Positions 35,977 to 44,375 of a stretch of 64,000 nucleotides of DNA are shown here, one piece after another (the first letter of the stretch is position 1; each line of letters begins with the position of its first letter). The notes beneath the pieces were generated by a model that was not told the origin of the DNA, did no database searches, and saw only the letters and a program-made list of their open reading frames with translations. The stretch spans positions 96,001 to 160,000 of the IMG/VR virus record IMGVR_UViG_3300035070_003385, one strand, 5' to 3'. A program made the translations under genes and the position numbers. This stretch comes from a virus.

Positions 35977-36472
35977 AGTACAAAAGTTTCGAAGTAAAAT
36001 TGATAACTTCTTTGGCTGGGTAAAAGTTACCGAGCTAGTTGAACTTGACAATATTGATGTTAGTGAAGATCCAGTACGCCCAGAGCTTGATGTAAAATGG
36101 CGTACAAGCTACGGTAGAAAAATATACGGACTAAAATATAAAGATGAAATCGAAGGCGTCATTTGTATTGCATATACAAATGACGTACCCTCAAGTGTAA
36201 AAGAATTAGACCTAATGAGTCAAAATGCACACTTGCAGAATAATAGCGATACTGCGGTTGCTTACACTGTGTGGAGCCGTAAACGTGGTGCTGGTAAAGA
36301 AATTATCGGTAAAATTGGAGAAATGATGAAAGCTAGTGACAACATCACTACGTTAGTAACATTGTCTCCTTTGACGCCAATGGCAACACATTTTCATATT
36401 CGTAATGGCGCAAAGCAATTTGCTATTAACAGTACCACTCAAAACTTTAAGTATGATTTAGTAAAGAAATAA
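35969..36472 (+). CDS. hypothetical protein, possibly GNAT-like
   Basis: AVAYTVWSRKRGAGKEII resembles an acetyl-CoA-binding motif; TLSPLTPMA. Confidence 0.5.
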   Translation: MNKVQKFRSKIDNFFGWVKVTELVELDNIDVSEDPVRPELDVKWRTSYGRKIYGLKYKDEIEGVICIAYTNDVPSSVKELDLMSQNAHLQNNSDTAVAYTVWSRKRGAGKEIIGKIGEMMKASDNITTLVTLSPLTPMATHFHIRNGAKQFAINSTTQNFKYDLVKK

Positions 36473-36524
36473 TTAAATGAATCAATTAGAACATGCGTTT
36501 TTTAATCGCAAAAAGGATAATAAT

Positions 36525-36953
36525 ATGATAAAAATTAAAAAGGCTTTTTGGTTTATGTTAGGAGTTATTTTAGTAGGAGTAGCTTACATTGGTATATTTC
36601 TTCCAGGATTGCCATGGAGCACCCCAATCCTTGGAGCGACATTTTGTTTTGCCAAGTCCTCCGACCGTCTCCATAACTGGATTATGAACCACCCACGCTT
36701 CGGGCCGTTCGTTAAAAATTGGTCTAAGTATCGTGTATATCCACAAAAAGCAAAATATCTTATGGTAGCTGTTATGGCCTCATCATTGGGGTTTATGTAT
36801 TTTGGCACAGGTAACGTAATGGCAACACTATATTTGTTTATTACGTTTGCGATCATTATAACATGGGCATGGCGTTATCCTGGATCTCAAGCAGAAGCAG
36901 AACGTCGTATTGCAGCCGGTGAACGTATTGGTTGGTTAAAAATAAAAAAATGA
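36525..36953 (+). CDS. YbaN / DUF454 family inner-membrane protein
   Basis: IGIFLPGLPWSTPILGATFCFAKSSDRLHNWIMNHPRFGPFVKNW signature. Confidence 0.85.
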   Translation: MIKIKKAFWFMLGVILVGVAYIGIFLPGLPWSTPILGATFCFAKSSDRLHNWIMNHPRFGPFVKNWSKYRVYPQKAKYLMVAVMASSLGFMYFGTGNVMATLYLFITFAIIITWAWRYPGSQAEAERRIAAGERIGWLKIKK

Positions 36954-36982
36954 TTGTTAATGAATTTAATTTCATTTTTTAG

Positions 36983-37011
36983 TTGACATTCCTTTTAGAA
37001 TCAGTTATATT
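36983..37011 (+). promoter_or_regulatory. early promoter cassette with GAATC
   Basis: TTGACA-17bp-TATATT; GAATC at 36998. Confidence 0.8.
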
Positions 37012-37045
37012 GTTTATATAAGGTAAATAAAAAGGAATCGATCTT

Positions 37046-37414
37046 ATGAAATTCGCAGTATACCAAATTCAAATGACTAAAGCAATCTCTGATGCTGTAA
37101 ATGCTGGTGAAATTGTACCATCCTTTGAAGCTAAAAATAAAATGAACATTGATTTCTCTGGTAACAAAATTGGTGGTCTAGCTTCTGATGCATTTGATGC
37201 TGGTTATTACACTCATGTTGCTAACATCGAAGCTGAAGACTACAACGATTGTTTCGAGGTTGGTAACATCGGTCCTGATGAAAACATTGAGCGTTTAGGT
37301 CGTATGTCTTCACTTTCAGTTGGTGATGTTATTGTCGCTGAAGATGGTACAGTAGCGGTTATTGCTCCAATGGGTTTCGTTGCTTTTTCTCACAATCCAA
37401 AGGTAACAGCATAA
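37046..37414 (+). CDS. hypothetical early protein (YodL-like motif)
   Basis: SSLSVGDVIV motif; AAGGA RBS. Confidence 0.7.
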   Translation: MKFAVYQIQMTKAISDAVNAGEIVPSFEAKNKMNIDFSGNKIGGLASDAFDAGYYTHVANIEAEDYNDCFEVGNIGPDENIERLGRMSSLSVGDVIVAEDGTVAVIAPMGFVAFSHNPKVTA

Positions 37415-37494
37415 TGGGAGCTTTTGTTGGATGTTTAGTTTTTTTCGTATTCTTAATCATTGTTACGGCAATTTACGAAAAATTTTATCCTTGA
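37414..37494 (+). CDS. tiny membrane peptide (26 aa)
   Basis: Hand translation MGAFVGCLVFFVFLIIVTAIYEKFYP; TAATG coupling. Confidence 0.4.
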   Translation: MGAFVGCLVFFVFLIIVTAIYEKFYP

Positions 37495-37495
37495 A

Positions 37496-37993
37496 TCATT
37501 TTGACCATCTTCGTATAGAAATAGCAGTTTTTGCTTTATAATATGAATAACTTACCTTATCATTTTGGTTGCCTCCTAAAATGGTATAATATTCTATTCC
37601 TTGACTTGTAAAAGAATTTATATAAAAACCTACATGCCCTTGCCAAACAGAACCGCCTCGAGGAAATATTATTATATCGCCTCGCTGCGGAGATTCTACT
37701 TCATTTCCCCAATCAAGAAAGCTTCGTGCCATTAAAGGATGATCGTGAAATTCGCTAGATCCCGGGATGTCAACGGAATCAAGAATAACATTGACGAATG
37801 CTGCACACCATTCAGTGCGTGTTGGATCTATTCCTAGAAGTGATTTTAATGAACTGCGGTGATTATTTTCATGCATGCCAACGTACTTATCCGCGTTAGC
37901 AATTAGGCTGCTGATTTTAGTTTCTTTTTTAATGGTTTCTACGCTAGAGCAAGAGACTAGAAAAACTAAAATAAATAGAAATAGTATTTTCAT
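37496..37993 (-). CDS. TIGR02594-like (NlpC/P60-CHAP fold) peptidase lipoprotein
   Basis: EWCAAFVN, ARSFLDWG, RGDIIIFPRG, GHVGFY, ILGGNQ; signal LFILVFLVS-C. Confidence 0.82.
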   Translation of the reverse strand: MKILFLFILVFLVSCSSVETIKKETKISSLIANADKYVGMHENNHRSSLKSLLGIDPTRTEWCAAFVNVILDSVDIPGSSEFHDHPLMARSFLDWGNEVESPQRGDIIIFPRGGSVWQGHVGFYINSFTSQGIEYYTILGGNQNDKVSYSYYKAKTAISIRRWSK

Positions 37994-38014
37994 ATAATAA
38001 AAGGAAACCTTTTT

Positions 38015-38236
38015 ATGTATACTGCAATGATTCTCGTATGTCTTTCTGATCATATTGTAGACATTAATAACTGTTTAGTTTTATCTAATCAATACGTACA
38101 CAAAACCGAAGTGGAATGTGTAAATTCTATTGCTGATTTTTTAAATAATGAAATGTTTTATGTGATGTATAACGATTACAATTTGGAAAATTTTTCATGT
38201 TACGAATGGTTTAACAATTCTGGCAGTAAAATATAG
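38015..38236 (+). CDS. hypothetical protein
   Basis: ORF track; AAGGA RBS. Confidence 0.55.
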   Translation: MYTAMILVCLSDHIVDINNCLVLSNQYVHKTEVECVNSIADFLNNEMFYVMYNDYNLENFSCYEWFNNSGSKI

Positions 38237-38292
38237 TGATATTCTGTTATTTATCTATTTACAAACAACACAATGTATAATATAATAAATTT

Positions 38293-38604
38293 ATGTTAGA
38301 AAATTTTATAAAAAAAGACGACACCGATTCTGTAAAGTGGGGCTCAAAAATTGAGGTTGAGGTCCGCAGGAGAATTAAACTTGCAGTCGCGGCATATGCA
38401 TATGAGTATGAAAATGAATCTATTTTATCAGATGCTGAATACGATAAAGAGTCTTTACTCGTAAACCCAAAACAAAAAACTGGAAACTCGAGATTAGATC
38501 GTTTCTTTCGTAATAATTTTAATCCAGACACTGGGCAATGGATCCGAAAACATCCAGACATTCCTCAAATAAAAAAAATATATAATGATTATTACAAGAG
38601 GTGA
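38293..38604 (+). CDS. stand-alone protein resembling NAD-dependent DNA ligase subdomain Ia
   Basis: AAYAYEYENESILSDAEYDK resembles LigA Y..D.P.ISDAEYD. Confidence 0.55.
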   Translation: MLENFIKKDDTDSVKWGSKIEVEVRRRIKLAVAAYAYEYENESILSDAEYDKESLLVNPKQKTGNSRLDRFFRNNFNPDTGQWIRKHPDIPQIKKIYNDYYKR

Positions 38605-38606
38605 AT

Positions 38607-39707
38607 ATGTGGTCATCACAACAAAAACTGGCTCTTAAGGCTGTAGACAAATGGTTCTATACAGAATCAAAAAATAAACAGGTATTTCGCATCTTTGGAT
38701 ATGCCGGTACCGGTAAGACCACTCTTGCCACACACTTTGCTCAAAACATTGATGGGTTAGTTCTCTTTGCTGCTTTTACTGGTAAGGCTGCACTTGTAAT
38801 GAAAAAGCGAGGTTGTGTTGGCGCAAGAACCATCCACAGCCTAATTTATATCGCAAAGCAAAACAAAAAGACCGGCGAAATTACTTGGAAAATGAATAAA
38901 GACAGTTCTCTTAAAGACGCGTCTCTTCTTATTATTGACGAATGTTCTATGGTAGATAAAGATTTAGCAGAAGATCTTTTATCGTTTGGCATACCTATTC
39001 TAGTTCTCGGAGATCCGGCCCAGCTTCCGCCAGTTTCAGGCGCTGGATACTTTACTGACGCAAAGCCAGACATCATGCTAACTGAAATACATCGTCAGGC
39101 TAAAGATAATCCTATTGTCTATCTTGCTTCCGAAATTCGAGAAGGGCGGTATCCAAATCATGGATCTTACGGTGAGTCTAGGATCGTCTCTAAGATCGCA
39201 TCAACCGACGCACTAAATTCTAGTCAAATTTTGGTAGGTCGAAACGCAACTCGTGATAATATGAATATAAAAATGCGCAAGCTTTTAAAAATAAACGGCG
39301 AATATCCAATTCAAAAAGAAAAGCTCATATGCCTTAGTAATGACAAAGACTTAGGAATATTTAACGGCGGAATATTTAGCGTTGATAGAGTAATCGATAC
39401 AAGACAAAAAAGTAATTTTTTGCATATGAGTTTGTATCCAGAAGATGATGATGAAGGTATGCCGGTATTAGTAAAAGTTCACAAAAGTCAGTTTAGTGGA
39501 GAAGTATCAGCTCCAAACTGGAAGTTGTTAAAAGGAAGTCAACAATTTGATTTTGGCTACGCAATTACATGTCATAAATCACAAGGATCCCAATGGGATA
39601 ACGTATTAATATACGATGAGTCTTGGTGCTTTCGTGACGATTGGCAACGTTGGCTGTATACTGCAATTACCCGCGCGTCTGAAAAGGTAACGTTAGTTAA
39701 AAATTAA
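38607..39707 (+). CDS. dda: SF1B helicase (Dda/RecD-like)
   Basis: GYAGTGKTT, IDECSMV, GDPAQLPPV, HRQA, YAITCHKSQGSQW, YTAITRA. Confidence 0.88.
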   Translation: MWSSQQKLALKAVDKWFYTESKNKQVFRIFGYAGTGKTTLATHFAQNIDGLVLFAAFTGKAALVMKKRGCVGARTIHSLIYIAKQNKKTGEITWKMNKDSSLKDASLLIIDECSMVDKDLAEDLLSFGIPILVLGDPAQLPPVSGAGYFTDAKPDIMLTEIHRQAKDNPIVYLASEIREGRYPNHGSYGESRIVSKIASTDALNSSQILVGRNATRDNMNIKMRKLLKINGEYPIQKEKLICLSNDKDLGIFNGGIFSVDRVIDTRQKSNFLHMSLYPEDDDEGMPVLVKVHKSQFSGEVSAPNWKLLKGSQQFDFGYAITCHKSQGSQWDNVLIYDESWCFRDDWQRWLYTAITRASEKVTLVKN

Positions 39708-39730
39708 CAAATCTTATGATGTATTTTTAG

Positions 39731-39759
39731 TTGACAAATTTTAAAAAATGTGTTAAAAT
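39731..39759 (+). promoter_or_regulatory. sigma70-type promoter
   Basis: TTGACA-17bp-TAAAAT. Confidence 0.7.
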
Positions 39760-39783
39760 TGTTCTTAGATAAGGAGAACAAAA

Positions 39784-40215
39784 ATGAATATCCATCACCG
39801 TCCGATCCTTGACACAAAGCGAGTATGTGAACTTTATTCTGAAAAGGATGGGGTTCCTGTAACGTATGTTTGCACTTCAGCTATTGGCGGAGGAACTCAA
39901 GCAATCGATATTTTCTATCGTGAGACCCCTCATCCTGAGTTTGGTAATCGTTACTTTGGTTTGTATCGTAATCAACATTTTAGTGCGGATGGAATGATTA
40001 TGATCACTAACGCAGACAAGATTGAAGAAGCTGAATTTGGTATGCTTGAAGGTCCCGAAGGTTGGGAATACAGCCAACACCGACACGACTTCCGCTATGT
40101 CGGTGCTTGTGCTGTTGATGGTGGTCGTGCATACTTTAAACGTGTTGGTGACTTGAGTGTGCCAGTGAAATACTTTGTTGTAAAAGATGGAAAATTTGTG
40201 GGATTAACAATGTGA
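39784..40215 (+). CDS. hypothetical protein
   Basis: AAGGAG RBS; SQHRHDF..AVDGGRAY motif. Confidence 0.75.
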   Translation: MNIHHRPILDTKRVCELYSEKDGVPVTYVCTSAIGGGTQAIDIFYRETPHPEFGNRYFGLYRNQHFSADGMIMITNADKIEEAEFGMLEGPEGWEYSQHRHDFRYVGACAVDGGRAYFKRVGDLSVPVKYFVVKDGKFVGLTM

Positions 40216-40424
40216 GTAAGATACAAGAAAAACTAAATGGCATTATGAACGAAATACAAGCTCTTATGGAATCACATCCTAGAGCTCATCTCGAGCCTGA
40301 TACTAAAATACATGAACTGATGTATAATGCAGGCATATACTTTGCTCATATGGATGATGAAAACAGAGATTATTATCAATTTGTTCAAATAGCTATAAAA
40401 GAAGAAATGGAGTGGAAATTATGA
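40212..40424 (+). CDS. hypothetical protein
   Basis: GTG start overlapping previous stop. Confidence 0.6.
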   Translation: MSKIQEKLNGIMNEIQALMESHPRAHLEPDTKIHELMYNAGIYFAHMDDENRDYYQFVQIAIKEEMEWKL

Positions 40425-40603
40425 CAGACGGACCGTTTAAATTTGCATTTAATGCCGATACAACTGGTGTTATTCGTAGGGAAATTATAACCTATCGTAT
40501 GCGAGATGATGGTAGAATATTTAAAGAGGAAGCTGTTCGTGATTATTACCAAAGCGGAGATTATCATGACTCGCAAACAGCTGTTCCATTAGTGGAGAGG
40601 TAA
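40421..40603 (+). CDS. hypothetical protein
   Basis: ATGA coupling; ORF track. Confidence 0.6.
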   Translation: MTDGPFKFAFNADTTGVIRREIITYRMRDDGRIFKEEAVRDYYQSGDYHDSQTAVPLVER

Positions 40604-40604
40604 A

Positions 40605-40835
40605 ATGGCTACATTACCCCAAGGTAGAAACCCGCTAACACAAGCGGATTTATTAAAGATGATACCTGGCAATAATATTTATGATACAGAAGAAATCATT
40701 AAAAAGGACACTGAAATGTTAGCTTGGCTCCGACTTGCAGCTGAAAACAGCGAAATCGCTACACAGGTTGCAGATCGATTTGAAACACTTACAAACACAG
40801 CTCACAACCGTAAACATTGGACAGGACACGAATGA
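40605..40835 (+). CDS. hypothetical protein
   Basis: GAGG RBS. Confidence 0.6.
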   Translation: MATLPQGRNPLTQADLLKMIPGNNIYDTEEIIKKDTEMLAWLRLAAENSEIATQVADRFETLTNTAHNRKHWTGHE

Positions 40836-41155
40836 TGAAAAAAGAATACGTTGTTATAACTACAATTTCAACTCACAAATCTCGATTTGTTATTCATAAA
40901 GATGAATTGCAAAAAATGAACACTGATATTACTCTTACAGACGAATTGGCTTTTGACTGGGCAAAAGACTCTGTTTTGTGTAATGAAATTAAAGAATTTT
41001 CTCAAGAATGGCTAGGAGACAGTTTTATTGATGCCGATATTAAAACTGAAGAAGAAATTTTACAATTGTTTGACCGTGAAAATGATTACCTGAAAAACTG
41101 GCCGGTTAGCCAAAAAATGGATTGGATAAAAAATTGGAGAGAAACAGATGTCTGA
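40832..41155 (+). CDS. hypothetical protein
   Basis: Coupled ORF. Confidence 0.65.
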   Translation: MMKKEYVVITTISTHKSRFVIHKDELQKMNTDITLTDELAFDWAKDSVLCNEIKEFSQEWLGDSFIDADIKTEEEILQLFDRENDYLKNWPVSQKMDWIKNWRETDV

Positions 41156-41414
41156 CATAGTAGTGACTATATATGGAAAAGATAATTGCCATTGGTGCAA
41201 AGAAGCAAAATCTTTAGCTGAAAATTATTCTCTTAAGTACGAATATAAAAATATAGGCACATCAGAAAATAGAAACGAAATGTTTAAATTGGTTCCTAAT
41301 GCTAAAACTGTACCACAAATATTTTGGAATAATAAACATATAGGTGGATATAATGAATTTGCTTCTGAAATCGAAAATACGTTAGGTAGCAATTTTGGGC
41401 AAGAACTTTTTTAA
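41148..41414 (+). CDS. nrdC: glutaredoxin (NrdC-like)
   Basis: CHWC active site, KTVPQIF, HIGGY. Confidence 0.9.
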   Translation: MSDIVVTIYGKDNCHWCKEAKSLAENYSLKYEYKNIGTSENRNEMFKLVPNAKTVPQIFWNNKHIGGYNEFASEIENTLGSNFGQELF

Positions 41415-41429
41415 ATTGTCATTTGGCTA

Positions 41430-41463
41430 TTGACATTTACTTAATAATAGTATAGATTGATTC
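41430..41463 (+). promoter_or_regulatory. early promoter cassette, GATTC directly after -10
   Basis: TTGACA-17bp-TAGATT-GATTC. Confidence 0.75.
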
Positions 41464-41485
41464 TATAAACAAAAGGAATCAAAAT

Positions 41486-41728
41486 ATGCCATATACAGTT
41501 GAACTCGACATTTCTCACGAAGCTGACCATTCAGAAGTTGTAGAATTTGCATCTAATTTGGATTGTGCAGCTAAACTTTTAATGGAAAATGGCCCAGCAG
41601 GCGGTAACCCTCTTTATGAATTCTCATCTGATAACTATAATAAGATTCGAGAATTACTTGTTGAACTCTTTGGCCAAGGCCACGGTTTCGATGAAGAAGA
41701 ACTTAAAACTATGATCGTAGAGGTATAA
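41486..41728 (+). CDS. hypothetical early protein
   Basis: AAGGA RBS; GPAGGNP motif. Confidence 0.7.
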   Translation: MPYTVELDISHEADHSEVVEFASNLDCAAKLLMENGPAGGNPLYEFSSDNYNKIRELLVELFGQGHGFDEEELKTMIVEV

Positions 41729-41731
41729 ATT

Positions 41732-41920
41732 ATGATTGATTATATTGAATTTGCAAAACGTCTTCGCGGCTTGGCAAGACGTGCTGATAATTTTGGAAAA
41801 AACCGTAAAGACGTTCTTTGGGAAATTATTGCAATTGCTGAAGATTACGAACAAAAAGCAAATCGTATTGAAATGGAAATGATTATCCAAGCTCAGCGCG
41901 ACGCAGTAGAGGCATCTTAA
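41732..41920 (+). CDS. hypothetical protein
   Basis: GAGG RBS. Confidence 0.65.
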   Translation: MIDYIEFAKRLRGLARRADNFGKNRKDVLWEIIAIAEDYEQKANRIEMEMIIQAQRDAVEAS

Positions 41921-41921
41921 C

Positions 41922-42263
41922 ATGAGTATGCATATGATACATGGTGTACAAGTACACGGCAAATCTAAAAAGAAACTAACACCTAAAGACCGGTTAGCTG
42001 CTGTTGAACATGAAAAATGGCTTAAGTCAATTGGAGTTGGTAAAACAAAAGCACGGAATACAAATACAATTCCAGACTACAGTACAGGACCAAGAATGAC
42101 TTCAGATAAAATTGCTGGGCATGGCCGCGCTAAAGAGCGTAGTATATACAGTGGTGAACGACGTCTACTTGGTATTGCTACAATGCATAAGTCAAACATG
42201 GTACCTATCTTTGCCGATAAAAAAGAAGATGCAAAAGATATTGCAGAAATGCGGAGAAATTAA
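41922..42263 (+). CDS. hypothetical basic protein
   Basis: IATMHKSNMVPIF motif common in marine T4-like phages. Confidence 0.7.
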   Translation: MSMHMIHGVQVHGKSKKKLTPKDRLAAVEHEKWLKSIGVGKTKARNTNTIPDYSTGPRMTSDKIAGHGRAKERSIYSGERRLLGIATMHKSNMVPIFADKKEDAKDIAEMRRN

Positions 42264-42467
42264 ATGAAGCTTACTTCCGATATGATCATAGATGATGAAT
42301 ATATTATGTTTGGTAATAAGATTACACGCTTTGAAGTTATTGATGATGACGGCCGATCTTATACAAAAAATAACATAAAAGAAATAAAGTTTCAATTACA
42401 AGATGACAACCTAACATTGAAGGCTTTTATTCATTATGTTAAAGAAGATGAAATATGTATTGACTGA
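42264..42467 (+). CDS. hypothetical protein
   Basis: RFEVIDDDGRSY..QLQDDNLTLK. Confidence 0.65.
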   Translation: MKLTSDMIIDDEYIMFGNKITRFEVIDDDGRSYTKNNIKEIKFQLQDDNLTLKAFIHYVKEDEICID

Positions 42468-42487
42468 TAAATTAATATAAGCATGCT

Positions 42488-42514
42488 TAATAAATAACTC
42501 TGTAAAAGGAGTTA
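42488..42514 (+). promoter_or_regulatory. late-promoter-like TAATAAATA with a short RBS-occluding hairpin
   Basis: TAACTC / GAGTTA 6-bp stem overlapping AGGAG. Confidence 0.35.
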
Positions 42515-42518
42515 CATC

Positions 42519-42953
42519 ATGTGGTATTATCAAGGTAAAGAATTTACTTCGGAAATGATTGGGGATTATATTGGTTTCGTATATATAATTACTGACACTT
42601 CAAACGATAAAAAATATATCGGAAAAAAAATCTTTAAATCCAAAAGAAAACTTCAACCGCTTAAGGGTAAAACCCGAAAACGGACTAAAATTGTTGAATC
42701 TGATTGGATGAAATATTACGGCTCATCAGAAGAAGTTAAGCTTATGGTTGAAGAAAAAGGTGCAAATACCTTTTACCGAGAAATAATTCATCTTTGTGAT
42801 AAGAAAGGAGAAATGGGATATCTTGAGCTTTATGAACAAATCACTCGTCACGCGTTATTAGACGATTCATATTATAACGGTATTTGTCAAGCAAAAATCC
42901 ACAGAAGCCATGTTAAAGGATTAAAATGGCTTATGAGTCATACTAATGGTTGA
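42519..42953 (+). CDS. GIY-YIG family endonuclease
   Basis: GFVYIITDT..KKYIGKK, DWMKYYGSS, YYNG. Confidence 0.8.
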   Translation: MWYYQGKEFTSEMIGDYIGFVYIITDTSNDKKYIGKKIFKSKRKLQPLKGKTRKRTKIVESDWMKYYGSSEEVKLMVEEKGANTFYREIIHLCDKKGEMGYLELYEQITRHALLDDSYYNGICQAKIHRSHVKGLKWLMSHTNG

Positions 42954-42978
42954 CATTTATATTTAGTTGTGTTATATT
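42950..42978 (+). promoter_or_regulatory. sigma70-type promoter
   Basis: TTGACA-17bp-TATATT. Confidence 0.7.
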
Positions 42979-43013
42979 AGAAATATAGAATCAAACATGC
43001 CGGAGAAAAGCAA

Positions 43014-43262
43014 ATGATTATTAAAAGAAAAAGTGTTATTAGCGGAATTATTCGTTCATTGGATATTCCTGTTAATCCTGACGATTATGCTATATGGAAA
43101 TCTGGCCTTGAAAGTATTCAAATGGCTATGCCTTATCTTAATGACGATGATCGTGAGTTTATTCTTTCTGGTATTATTGCTAGCGAATGGGATAGCGCCT
43201 TTTCTGAAACGATTGAGGATATTATTTCTGACACGGTTGCAAACAGAAAGATTTCAGCTTGA
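43014..43262 (+). CDS. hypothetical protein
   Basis: GGAG RBS; IQMAMPYL..DDREFILSGI. Confidence 0.7.
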   Translation: MIIKRKSVISGIIRSLDIPVNPDDYAIWKSGLESIQMAMPYLNDDDREFILSGIIASEWDSAFSETIEDIISDTVANRKISA

Positions 43263-43909
43263 TTATATTATTTAATGGCCCTCCCAGGTCAGGAAAAGAT
43301 GAAGCTGCCAGTTACTTTAAACAGAAAGGATTTAAACATCTTTCTTTTAAGTACCAACTATACAAAGAAACGTGCAACTATTTTAAATGTAATTACGAAT
43401 GGTTCATGGATCGTTATGATAACCGCGCTGTGAAGGAAGTCCCACATATTAATTTAGGCCATATGTCTTGTCGTGAGGCTATGATATATGTATCAGAAAA
43501 AATTATTAAGCCAAAGCTCGGTTTAGATTTTTTTGGAAAACAGGTTGCAAATGAAATTGATATATCAAAAAACTATTGTATTTCAGACGGTGGCTTTATT
43601 GATGAACTCATTCCAGTTATAAATAGAATTGGTTCCGATAATTTTGTTTTGGTACAACTTACTAGAGACGGCTGTGATTATTCCTCAGATTCAAGAAGGT
43701 ATTTCGACGGAAATCTTTACCGTGAATATGTAAATTCATACGCAACACCAATTCAAAAAAAATATGTTTTGCCTCACAAATTTAATGTCAAAACGTATAG
43801 AATTCATAATAACGGCGAACTCGGAGCCTTTCACAATGTATTAAAAGATATTTACACAAAGGAATGTCATGAGAGCGCACCAGGAGCAAAAGAAAGCTGC
43901 AAAGTCTAA
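43259..43909 (+). CDS. deoxynucleoside monophosphate kinase-like (gp1-like)
   Basis: NGPPRSGKD P-loop, SFKYQL, ISDGGF. Confidence 0.75.
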   Translation: MIILFNGPPRSGKDEAASYFKQKGFKHLSFKYQLYKETCNYFKCNYEWFMDRYDNRAVKEVPHINLGHMSCREAMIYVSEKIIKPKLGLDFFGKQVANEIDISKNYCISDGGFIDELIPVINRIGSDNFVLVQLTRDGCDYSSDSRRYFDGNLYREYVNSYATPIQKKYVLPHKFNVKTYRIHNNGELGAFHNVLKDIYTKECHESAPGAKESCKV

Positions 43910-44093
43910 AATATTTTGCGAAAATCCATATGATTTAGAAACTTTTTTTGAATCTTTAGAAATTGCGGCATACGGAAATAAAGAGCTTATTTTTATGGAT
44001 AAATTTATAGCTTATTTGCGACTAGACCCGTTAGTCGACACGACAAAAATAAGTTATAAAATATTACAAGAATTAAATCTTATAAAAATTTAA
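43869..44093 (+). CDS. hypothetical protein
   Basis: ORF track; start uncertain. Confidence 0.5.
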   Translation: MRAHQEQKKAAKSKIFCENPYDLETFFESLEIAAYGNKELIFMDKFIAYLRLDPLVDTTKISYKILQELNLIKI

Positions 44094-44111
44094 ATTTGAG
44101 GAAATTATATT

Positions 44112-44375
44112 ATGTACGATAAAAATGAAATTATCGAGTCTTTGAAAAAAGGCTCATGTAAAATTGTTTTTACAAAAGTAAATGGCGATGAACGTGTAAT
44201 GAACTGCACCCTCCACGAGTCCTTTCTCCCAGAGCAGATTGACGTAGAAGAACATATTCAAAAGAAAAAACCGAATCAAGATGTGCTTGCGGTCTGGGAT
44301 AGCGATATTGGCGGCTGGCGGTCATTTCGCTGGGATTCAATTAAAGAGTTTAATGTAGATTTTTGGATAAGTTAA
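44112..44375 (+). CDS. small beta-barrel (WYL/Sm-like) protein
   Basis: FTKVNGDERVMNCTL..VWD....GWRSFRWD. Confidence 0.7.
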   Translation: MYDKNEIIESLKKGSCKIVFTKVNGDERVMNCTLHESFLPEQIDVEEHIQKKKPNQDVLAVWDSDIGGWRSFRWDSIKEFNVDFWIS

